Below are positions 47,064-54,684 of a stretch of DNA of 64,000 nucleotides, in pieces. Positions within the stretch are counted from its first letter, which is position 1, and each line of letters begins with the position of its first letter. This DNA comes from a virus: positions 32,001 through 96,000 of IMG/VR virus record IMGVR_UViG_3300036800_000311, one strand, 5' to 3'. Below the pieces are notes generated by a model. It was not told the DNA's origin, ran no database searches, and worked only from the letters and a program-made list of their open reading frames with translations. Both the position numbers and the translations under genes were made by a program.

Positions 47064-48113
47064 ATGGTCGTGTTGTTGCCACTAGACGGGGAGCGCCTGA
47101 GGGCTTGCACGCGCTGCCCGACCGTAGGGCTTTGCTCCCCGACGCCGGAGCGCTCGTCGTTCTATCCGCGCCGGACGGGGGGCGCCCTGTACGACTCGCA
47201 GTGCAAGACGTGCTCGAAGGCGATCGCGACGGCGTACCAGCGCGAGACGGGCGCCCCGGCCGTCTACGCTCGCCGTCGGCGGGCGGCGCTCCTGGGGGAC
47301 TCGGAGGCGCGGGAGGCGTTCCTGGCTCGGCAGCGCGTCTACGCCGCTCGCTCTCGTGAGCGGAACCGCGAGGAGATCCGGAGGCGCGACGCGGTGCGGC
47401 GCCGGGAGAACTCCGAGGCCATCCGCGTCGATCGTCGTCTCGCTCGGGAGAGGAAGGGCGCTCCGCTGGTCGTCCCCGCGGTCCCGAAGAACACGACGGC
47501 GGCGATCGCCTACCCGGCCGGTCCGTTCCGCGACTGGCTGCGGGGGATGATCGCGGCGGAGACGCGGAGCGGGATCCCGAACGCCCAGGCCATCGTCGGC
47601 GAGCGCTGCGGGATCTCGGACAAGAACCTCCGGGCGTGGATCAAGGACGGCGCGTACGTCGACGCGAGCTCCGTCTGGAAGAGCTGGTGCTGGGAGCGCC
47701 GCGGGGACTACCTAGACGAGATGACGATCGACCGCGCGGTCTCTGCGGAGGGGTCGCTGATGCTCTCGGACCTCTACCCGGCGGGCGCGCTCGTCGTCCG
47801 CCGGTACGCTCCGTCGAGGGATCTTCCGGTCGCGCCGACGGAGGCGTGCTCGACCCCGGGCTGCGGCGCGGCCCGGGCGGCCGGGCGCTTCTGCGGTCCC
47901 TGCTCCGCGAGGCTGGCGGCGCTCCGCGAAGAGTTCGCCTCGGAGTCTCGGGCGATGTCCGCGGCGGGCGGCGCGACGCGGAGGCAGTCGAAGGCGAAGC
48001 GCTCGAGGACCCCGACGTGCTGTCAGAGTAACTGTTGGAACACTAGGGAGGCGGGTCAGAGGTTCTGCCCGGAGTGCATCGACGACGGCTGGACAGAGGA
48101 TGTGTTCGAGTGA
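47064..48113 (+). CDS. Zinc-finger + HTH protein
   Basis: CTRC..FY..SQCKTC; PAGPFRDWL..LSDLYP; two C-terminal Cys clusters. Confidence 0.65.
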   Translation: MVVLLPLDGERLRACTRCPTVGLCSPTPERSSFYPRRTGGALYDSQCKTCSKAIATAYQRETGAPAVYARRRRAALLGDSEAREAFLARQRVYAARSRERNREEIRRRDAVRRRENSEAIRVDRRLARERKGAPLVVPAVPKNTTAAIAYPAGPFRDWLRGMIAAETRSGIPNAQAIVGERCGISDKNLRAWIKDGAYVDASSVWKSWCWERRGDYLDEMTIDRAVSAEGSLMLSDLYPAGALVVRRYAPSRDLPVAPTEACSTPGCGAARAAGRFCGPCSARLAALREEFASESRAMSAAGGATRRQSKAKRSRTPTCCQSNCWNTREAGQRFCPECIDDGWTEDVFE

Positions 48114-48430
48114 GCGCTACCGGTGATCCGTACCTGGCCCAGCGCCTGGCCGCGCTGGAGCTCGCGAACCGAGCCAAGCGGGAGCGCATCGCGCTTCTGG
48201 GGAGGGGCGAGACGAAGCACCCGGCGCCGTACGTCGCGGGACTGATCGAGGCGCCGCCTGCCTGCCTGCGGACGATGATGGTCGGGAGGATCGTCCGGCG
48301 CGTAGTGGGCGTCGGCGACAGCCGCGCCAGTCGTCTCCTGGTGGGGGCGCACGTCGGCGAGCGCAGGTGCCTCGGGGACTTGACCGCCCGCGAGCGCTCG
48401 TCCCTGGCCGAGCGGCTGGTGATCCGATGA
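48110..48430 (+). CDS. Actinobacterial IHF-like (H2TH) nucleoid protein
   Basis: ALELANRAKRER..PP..V..GVGDSRASRLL..LGDLTARER. Confidence 0.7.
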   Translation: MSATGDPYLAQRLAALELANRAKRERIALLGRGETKHPAPYVAGLIEAPPACLRTMMVGRIVRRVVGVGDSRASRLLVGAHVGERRCLGDLTARERSSLAERLVIR

Positions 48431-48603
48431 CGGCCGCGGAGGCGGGGGCCGTCGCCGTTCGCGTCGGCATGATCGCGGAGTCCGCGACGGTCGAGGCGCT
48501 GAAGTCGCAGTCGGCCAGTCACGCCCAGGTCGCGATCGTCGTCCGTCAGGCCGTCGAGGCGGCGATCCGCGAGAACCTCACGTCGCAGGGGAGGCTGATG
48601 TGA
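48427..48603 (+). CDS. Hypothetical protein
   Basis: Coupled overlaps. Confidence 0.45.
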   Translation: MTAAEAGAVAVRVGMIAESATVEALKSQSASHAQVAIVVRQAVEAAIRENLTSQGRLM

Positions 48604-49121
48604 TCATACGTACGCTGCGGCGTCGATTCCGCGAGGTGGAGACGCCCGAGACGGTCAAGTCCCAGACGGTTCGGGGTCGCCGCTCGCCGCGCTGGGCCGT
48701 GTGGAGCCGGATGCTTATCCCGTGCCGCGATGGCGTCCCGTACCTGTTTCGGCTGCGGATCGTCCAGACCCCCTGGTTTGGGATCTACCTCCACGACATC
48801 TACGAGGACGACGAGGACCGTGACCCCCACAACCACCCCTGGTCCTTCGCCAGCGTCGTCCTGCGCGGCTACTACGTTGAGCGAGTCTACCCCGAGCCTA
48901 CCCATTCGAGCGAGTACGTCGTGCTCCGCCATCGCCGCGGGAGCGTCCATCGCATGGGCACCCGAGAGGCCCATCGGATCGTCGATGCCGCCCCAGGCCT
49001 GAAGACCCTCATCTTCGTCGGACCCCGTCAGGGCGGCTGGGGGTTCTTCTGCGAAGAGGGGTTCGTCGCCTGGGAGCGGTACGAGCATCGTCAGAAGGTC
49101 GCGTACGGAGCAAGGCCTTGA
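48600..49121 (+). CDS. Cupin-fold protein
   Basis: YLH..D.DRDPHNHPW..LRGYYVE..AHRI. Confidence 0.7.
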   Translation: MIIRTLRRRFREVETPETVKSQTVRGRRSPRWAVWSRMLIPCRDGVPYLFRLRIVQTPWFGIYLHDIYEDDEDRDPHNHPWSFASVVLRGYYVERVYPEPTHSSEYVVLRHRRGSVHRMGTREAHRIVDAAPGLKTLIFVGPRQGGWGFFCEEGFVAWERYEHRQKVAYGARP

Positions 49122-50056
49122 TCCCCGTCGATCGGATCAAGGCCTGCTCGAACTCGTCTTGTCGCTTGGTTCTACCGGCGGATCGTGACGATGAGTCCGG
49201 GGCGGGCTTCTGGGTCTCCGAGCGCAGGGGCGGCCGCGTCAGCCGATACGGCTCCTGGTGCAAGGACTGCGTGCGGACGAAGAATCGGGAGGCCGCGAGG
49301 AGGCGCCGAGCGCTGCGGACGGAGCATCGCCCGCGCCGGGCTGTTCGCCTGGTCGAGCACGAGGGCCGGATCGTGCAGTGGCGGACGTGCGACTGCGGAG
49401 TCGAGGGGCCGTGCCTGGACTCTCCGGAGTCTCTCTTTCCCGTTCACGCCCGCGACGCGGACGGACGAGCGACGGGGTGGAGGACGCGCTGCCGGGCCTG
49501 CTGGAACGTCTATCAGCGGGAGACGCGAGCGGTCGGCGGGGAGCGGACGAACACGCGGCGGCGGGAGCGTCACGCCGAGCGGATGGCGTCCGACCCGGCC
49601 TACGCGGAGGCCCAGAGGCGAAGGGCGGCGGAGGCCTACGCGCGGAGTCCCGCGCGTAGGCGAGCGGTCGAGGAGGCCAGTCGGCGCTGGAGGAGGCTCC
49701 ATCCGGAGCGGGTGCGCGACCGCGACGCGGCCTACCGCGCGCTGAGGGCGCTCCGGGAGGGACGTGACTATCGTCCGCGGCGGTACGTCATCGACGGCAC
49801 GGCCCCTCGCCTGCCGTCCGGTCCCCTCCGCGCCTGGCTGGTCGCGTATCGGCTCGAGCGCGGGATCGCCGAGGTCGCGGCGCTCGCCGCGGAGCTCGGA
49901 CTCGTTCGTCGTCGCGTCGCCTCGCTCCTCGCCGGGGAGCAGGAGTCGGTCACCCTCGACGTCGTCGACGTGGCGCTGAGCAACGCGGAGGCGGTCGTCT
50001 TCCTCGACGGCCGCTACGTCCTGACGCTCGACGATCTCTACCCGCTCGGGGTCTAG
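49118..50056 (+). CDS. Double zinc-finger + HTH protein, paralog of 47064
   Basis: Two C..C..F..CxxC units; PSGPLRAWL..LDDLYP. Confidence 0.65.
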   Translation: MIPVDRIKACSNSSCRLVLPADRDDESGAGFWVSERRGGRVSRYGSWCKDCVRTKNREAARRRRALRTEHRPRRAVRLVEHEGRIVQWRTCDCGVEGPCLDSPESLFPVHARDADGRATGWRTRCRACWNVYQRETRAVGGERTNTRRRERHAERMASDPAYAEAQRRRAAEAYARSPARRRAVEEASRRWRRLHPERVRDRDAAYRALRALREGRDYRPRRYVIDGTAPRLPSGPLRAWLVAYRLERGIAEVAALAAELGLVRRRVASLLAGEQESVTLDVVDVALSNAEAVVFLDGRYVLTLDDLYPLGV

Positions 50057-50081
50057 CCGCCCTCGGCGGTATACTACGCGC

Positions 50082-50888
50082 ATGGGTCAGGAGAAGCACG
50101 GGACGGCCATCGGGTGGACCCAGGCGCCGGGGTTCCGAGGTGAGACCTGGAACGCGACCACGGGCTGTAGCCACGTCTCCGCCGGGTGCGACATCTGCTA
50201 CGCGGAGGCGCTAAGTCTCCGTCGTGGCTGGAGCGAGAAGCCCTGGACCCCGGAGAACGCCGAGGAGAACGTGGTCCTCCATCCCGAGCGCCTGACCGCG
50301 CCCTATCGCTGGCGGGAGCCGCGGGCGATCTTCACGAACTCGATGTCAGATCTCTTCCACCCGCTGGTCCCGTATCAGTTCATCGCGGACGTCTGGCGAG
50401 CGATGCACGACAACCCTCGGCATCGGTTCATGACGCTGACGAAGCGCCCGAAGCGGATGCGGGACTGGACGCGGACCTTCGCCGCGCGGGCCGGGATCTC
50501 CGAGTCTGAGGTCTGGCCGAGTTGGATGTGGATCGGGACCTCGGTCGAGGATCGCGACGTCGTAGGCCGCGCGGACCTCCTCCGGGAGACTTCGGCTGCG
50601 GTCAGGTTCGTCTCCGCGGAGCCGCTACTCGGCGCGATAATCCCGGGCCTTGACCTATCGGGCATCTCTTGGCTGATCGTCGGCGGCGAGTCTGGCTCGG
50701 GTCATCGCAAGATGCACCTCCAGTGGCTGGAGGATCTCGTCGCGGAGGCCGACCGCCTCGGGGTGGCGACGTTCGTGAAGCAGGACTCCGGCCCGCGCCC
50801 CGACCAGCAGGGCCGGATCCCGGACGACCTTCTCGTCCGCGAGTGGCCAGCGCTCTCGGCGAAGGCGCCCGACGGGGCGCTGTTCTAG
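50082..50888 (+). CDS. Phage Gp37/Gp68 (DUF5131) three-Cys protein, leaderless
   Basis: TWNATTGCSHVSAGCDICYA..NSMSDLFH..LTKRP..SAEPLL..VGGESG..FVKQ; TATACT 6 nt before ATG. Confidence 0.92.
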   Translation: MGQEKHGTAIGWTQAPGFRGETWNATTGCSHVSAGCDICYAEALSLRRGWSEKPWTPENAEENVVLHPERLTAPYRWREPRAIFTNSMSDLFHPLVPYQFIADVWRAMHDNPRHRFMTLTKRPKRMRDWTRTFAARAGISESEVWPSWMWIGTSVEDRDVVGRADLLRETSAAVRFVSAEPLLGAIIPGLDLSGISWLIVGGESGSGHRKMHLQWLEDLVAEADRLGVATFVKQDSGPRPDQQGRIPDDLLVREWPALSAKAPDGALF

Positions 50889-52316
50889 ATGGCCTCCCCG
50901 CTGGCGAAGACGAGCGAGGTTACCGATCGGATGCCCTACGAGGCGTTCATCGATCTCAAGACGCAGAGCGACGGGGATCAAGGGTTCGAGCCAGTCGTCC
51001 TTCCGGATTTCCTCTTCGATTTTCAGCGCGCGATCGTGGAGTGGGCGGTCCGCAAGGGCAAGGCGGCGATCTTCGCTGACTGTGGTCTCGGGAAGGCGCC
51101 GATGTCCCTAGCCTGGGCCGAGAATGTGATCCTCCACGCTAAGCGTCCCGTCCTGATCCTTGCGCCACTGGCCGTCTCCGCTCAACTCGTGGCGGAGGGG
51201 GAGAAGTTCGGCGTGGAGTGCGCTATCTCGCGGGACGGGACGGTCAGGCCACGGGTGACCGTCACGAACTACGAGCGGCTCCATCACTTTCGGCCCGAGG
51301 ACTTCGCTGGGGTGGTATGCGACGAGTCGAGTTGCATCAAGTCTTTCGATGGGGTTCGCCGCAGGCTCGTGACGGACTTCATGCGGAAGATGCCCTATCG
51401 GTTGCTGTGCACCGCGACGGCCGCGCCGAACGACTACGTGGAGCTCGGCACGTCCAGCGAGGCGCTCGGCTACCTGGGCCATATGGACATGCTCTCTCGG
51501 TTCTTTACGAATAAGGATAAGACCTCGAAGGCGAGGGTGGGACGCTGGCGGGCCGAGTCCCCCGAGACCCGAGCGGAATGGCGCTTCAAGGGGCACGCCG
51601 AGGATCCGTTCTGGCGCTGGGTAGCGTCCTGGGCGCGGGCGATCCGTAGGCCGTCGGATCTCGGCTTTGAAGACGGTCTCTTCCTACTGCCGTCGCTAGA
51701 CGTCCGCGAGCATGTGATCGCGGCGAGGACGCAGCGCGAGGACACGCTCTTTGACCTTCCCGCACAGGGCCTTCGCGAGGAGCGCGACGAGTCGCGCCGG
51801 ACGATTACGGAGCGCTGCGAGGCGGCGGCGGAGTTGCTCGCCGACGCCGACTCGGCCGTGGCGTGGTGCCAGTTGAACGCGGAGGGGGATCTCCTGACGA
51901 AGATAATCGACGGGGCGGTTCAGGTCAGCGGTGCGGATAGCCTAGAGGCGAAGGAGGAGGCGCTTACGGCCTTCTCGCGGGGAGAGGTTCGCGTCCTGGT
52001 GACCAAGCCGAGGATCGCCTCCTGGGGTTTGAACTGGCAGCACTGCCATCGGACAACGTTCTTTCCTAGTCACTCCTTCGAGGAGGCCTATCAGGCTATT
52101 CGGCGTTTCTGGCGGTTCGGCCAACGCGAGCGAGTCGTCGTAGACATGGTGACGACCGAGGGTGGGATCAACGCCCTGAAGAGTCAGGCTCGGAAGGCGG
52201 AGCAGGCGGAGCGGATGTTCGCCGCCCTGGTCGGCCACATGAACGAGGCGCTGTCGATTCGCCGAGCGGAACCGTACGATGAGGAAGTAGGCGTGCCGGA
52301 ATGGCTGATGTGGTGA
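50889..52316 (+). CDS. SNF2-like helicase
   Basis: DCGLGK; DESS; TATAAPND; QAIRRFWRFGQ. Confidence 0.88.
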   Translation: MASPLAKTSEVTDRMPYEAFIDLKTQSDGDQGFEPVVLPDFLFDFQRAIVEWAVRKGKAAIFADCGLGKAPMSLAWAENVILHAKRPVLILAPLAVSAQLVAEGEKFGVECAISRDGTVRPRVTVTNYERLHHFRPEDFAGVVCDESSCIKSFDGVRRRLVTDFMRKMPYRLLCTATAAPNDYVELGTSSEALGYLGHMDMLSRFFTNKDKTSKARVGRWRAESPETRAEWRFKGHAEDPFWRWVASWARAIRRPSDLGFEDGLFLLPSLDVREHVIAARTQREDTLFDLPAQGLREERDESRRTITERCEAAAELLADADSAVAWCQLNAEGDLLTKIIDGAVQVSGADSLEAKEEALTAFSRGEVRVLVTKPRIASWGLNWQHCHRTTFFPSHSFEEAYQAIRRFWRFGQRERVVVDMVTTEGGINALKSQARKAEQAERMFAALVGHMNEALSIRRAEPYDEEVGVPEWLMW

Positions 52317-52341
52317 CGATGAACGGAGAAGGGAGCGCTAC

Positions 52342-53325
52342 GTGCCGATAGCTGAGCAGGAGATAGCCGAGCGATACGCGCTCTACTGCGGGGACGCGAT
52401 GGAGGTCCTACCGACCCTCCCGGCCGAGTCGATGGGACTGTCGATCTACTCGCCTCCGTTTGTCACCGAGAGGGGCGGCGCGCTGTACACGTATACGTCT
52501 TCGCCTCGGGATCTCTCGAACTCGCGGACCTACGTAGAGTTCATGGAGCACTACGGTTTCATCGTCCGCGAGATCGAGCGGGTGACGATGCCGGGCCGTA
52601 TGAGCGCGGTTCACTGCGCAGACATCCCAACGGGCAACTCTGGTCGAGACGCCCTCTCGGACTTCCCCGGGGATATCATTCGGCTTCATCGCGAGATCGG
52701 CTTCGACTACGTTGCTCGATACCACGTCTGGAAGGAGCCGCTGACCGTTCGGAACCGGACGATGAAGAAGGACCTGGCGCATCGGACGCTGACCGAGGAC
52801 TCGACGCGCTGCTCCGTCGCCTCGGCGGACTACCTTCTGATCTTCCGCAAGCACGGAGAGAACCCGGTTCCAGTGGCCCATCCCGATGGCCTGATGGAGT
52901 ACGCGGGTGAGCGGCCGATCCCTGCGGAGTTGATGTCCTACCGCGGTTGGACGGGGAACCAGCGGGAGAACCGCTACTCGCACTGGATCTGGCGCCAGTA
53001 CGCCTCGGCGTTCTGGGATGACGTTCGACTTGATCGGGTACTCCCATACCGGGAGGCTCGCGACGATGAGGACGAGCGCCACGTCCATCCCCTCCAACTA
53101 GACGTCATAGATCGCTGTCTCGTCCTCTGGTCGAACCCAGGGGAGACGGTCCTGACGCCGTTCATGGGTGTCGGCTCGGAGGTCTACGGTGCGGTCCGTC
53201 AGGGGCGACGTGGGATCGGGGTGGAGTTGAAGCCGAGTTACTTTCGGCAGGCGGTCAAGAACGTCAAGGCGGCGGAGACGGACGCTCGCGGGCAGGACGT
53301 CCTGATGCTCGGGGACGCGGTATGA
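52342..53325 (+). CDS. Amino (N4-cytosine-type) DNA methyltransferase, beta order
   Basis: YSPPF precedes HPLQ..TPFMGVGSE..GVELK. Confidence 0.9.
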   Translation: MPIAEQEIAERYALYCGDAMEVLPTLPAESMGLSIYSPPFVTERGGALYTYTSSPRDLSNSRTYVEFMEHYGFIVREIERVTMPGRMSAVHCADIPTGNSGRDALSDFPGDIIRLHREIGFDYVARYHVWKEPLTVRNRTMKKDLAHRTLTEDSTRCSVASADYLLIFRKHGENPVPVAHPDGLMEYAGERPIPAELMSYRGWTGNQRENRYSHWIWRQYASAFWDDVRLDRVLPYREARDDEDERHVHPLQLDVIDRCLVLWSNPGETVLTPFMGVGSEVYGAVRQGRRGIGVELKPSYFRQAVKNVKAAETDARGQDVLMLGDAV

Positions 53326-53828
53326 CCGGCCAGGAGGGGCGCGCGACGCCCGCGCCCCGGAGCAAGTCCCCCGACACGGTCCTCCCGGGCGACGTCGTCA
53401 TACCCAGCTCCGGCCCGTACGCCAAGATCCAGTGTCGCGTCGTCGACGTCCTCCGACCGCGGCCGTCTCAGTACGACCTCAAGATCGTCCCGACGATGCC
53501 GCTGGCGAAGGTCTGGTCGGTCCGGAGCTCGATGCGCGTGAGGGTCGTCCCGCCGGATCCGCTGGCCTTCGATCCGGACTGGTGCGTCGCGCCGGGCGAG
53601 ACCCTCCGGGAGTGGATCGAGGAGAGCGGACTCTCGGTTCGCTCCACCGCCACGATCTGCGGCCGGATGCCCGTCGAGCGGATGGAGGCGATCATCGCCG
53701 GGGATGAGCCGATCACCGACGTCGACGCCGAGGCGCTGGCCCACGGGACGGGCATCCCTGATCGGCACTGGCTGGCACTGGAGCGGTTCTACCGTCAGGG
53801 TCTCGCGGAGGGGAGGAAGCGGCTGTGA
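53322..53828 (+). CDS. HigA/XRE-like HTH protein
   Basis: PDWCVAPGETLREWIEESGLS..IT..LAHGTG..WLALE. Confidence 0.75.
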   Translation: MTGQEGRATPAPRSKSPDTVLPGDVVIPSSGPYAKIQCRVVDVLRPRPSQYDLKIVPTMPLAKVWSVRSSMRVRVVPPDPLAFDPDWCVAPGETLREWIEESGLSVRSTATICGRMPVERMEAIIAGDEPITDVDAEALAHGTGIPDRHWLALERFYRQGLAEGRKRL

Positions 53829-54322
53829 GCGAGCGGACCTACAGCATCGCGGTCGACTTCGACGGGGTGATCCACAGTTACACGTCGCCGTGGATCACGG
53901 CCGAGGTCATCCCAGACCCACCGGTCCCTGGAGCAATCGACTGGCTGAACGAGATCAGCAAGCGCTTCAAGGTCATCATCTTCACGATACGCGGCAAGAC
54001 CGGCGCAGGGCGGGATGCCGTCAAGGCGTGGCTCTGGGAGCACGGCTTCGAAGCCGCGGGTGCGGGCAGCGACCTGGTCGTCACTGCAGAGAAACCCCCA
54101 GCGCTGATCTATCTCGACGACCGCGCGGTGCGCTTCGACGGGACGAACTTCCCGACGTCCGAGGAGATCCGCGATCTGGTCCCCTGGAACAAGAAGACGA
54201 AGGGCGATGCCTCCGAAGCCTGCGGCCGCCTGCTCGTCGGCCAGGGCGGCGACACGTGGGATCCGACCTGCGTGCTGCCCGCGGGGCACAGGGGCGCCTG
54301 TCGGCCCGAGACCGGCCGATGA
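53825..54322 (+). CDS. HAD-superfamily hydrolase
   Basis: IAVDFDGVIH..KPPALIYLDDRA. Confidence 0.85.
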   Translation: MSERTYSIAVDFDGVIHSYTSPWITAEVIPDPPVPGAIDWLNEISKRFKVIIFTIRGKTGAGRDAVKAWLWEHGFEAAGAGSDLVVTAEKPPALIYLDDRAVRFDGTNFPTSEEIRDLVPWNKKTKGDASEACGRLLVGQGGDTWDPTCVLPAGHRGACRPETGR

Positions 54323-54684
54323 GCCCATCGGGTGCCACGCTGGATCGGGTGCTCGAGGTCCTGGGCGAGCATCGGTTCGTCTGGGCGTCGGAGCGGGACC
54401 TCCAGGCGGGGGTCGCGAGCGCGCTGGAGTTCTGGGGCCTGACCGTCGAGCGCGAGGTCCGAGTCGACGCGCGCAGCCGCCTCGACCTTCGGGTCGATCG
54501 CGTCGGGATCGAGGTCAAGGTCAAGGGGTCCTGGCGGGACGTCCTCCGCCAACTCGAGCGCTACGCCCTCCTGGACTCCGTCGACGCCCTCGTGCTCGTG
54601 ACCGCCTGCCCGTCTCACGCCCGGATCGTCGGTCGCCCGGTCGGCAAGCCGCTCCACCTCCATCGCGTCGGCTCCGGACTGTGA
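54319..54684 (+). CDS. PD-(D/E)xK endonuclease-like protein
   Basis: SERDLQ..REV..LD..GIEVK..QLERYA. Confidence 0.75.
   Translation: MSPSGATLDRVLEVLGEHRFVWASERDLQAGVASALEFWGLTVEREVRVDARSRLDLRVDRVGIEVKVKGSWRDVLRQLERYALLDSVDALVLVTACPSHARIVGRPVGKPLHLHRVGSGL

Noticed and set aside
53322-53828. HigBA toxin-antitoxin
   Set aside because: No adjacent HigB/RelE-like toxin recognised
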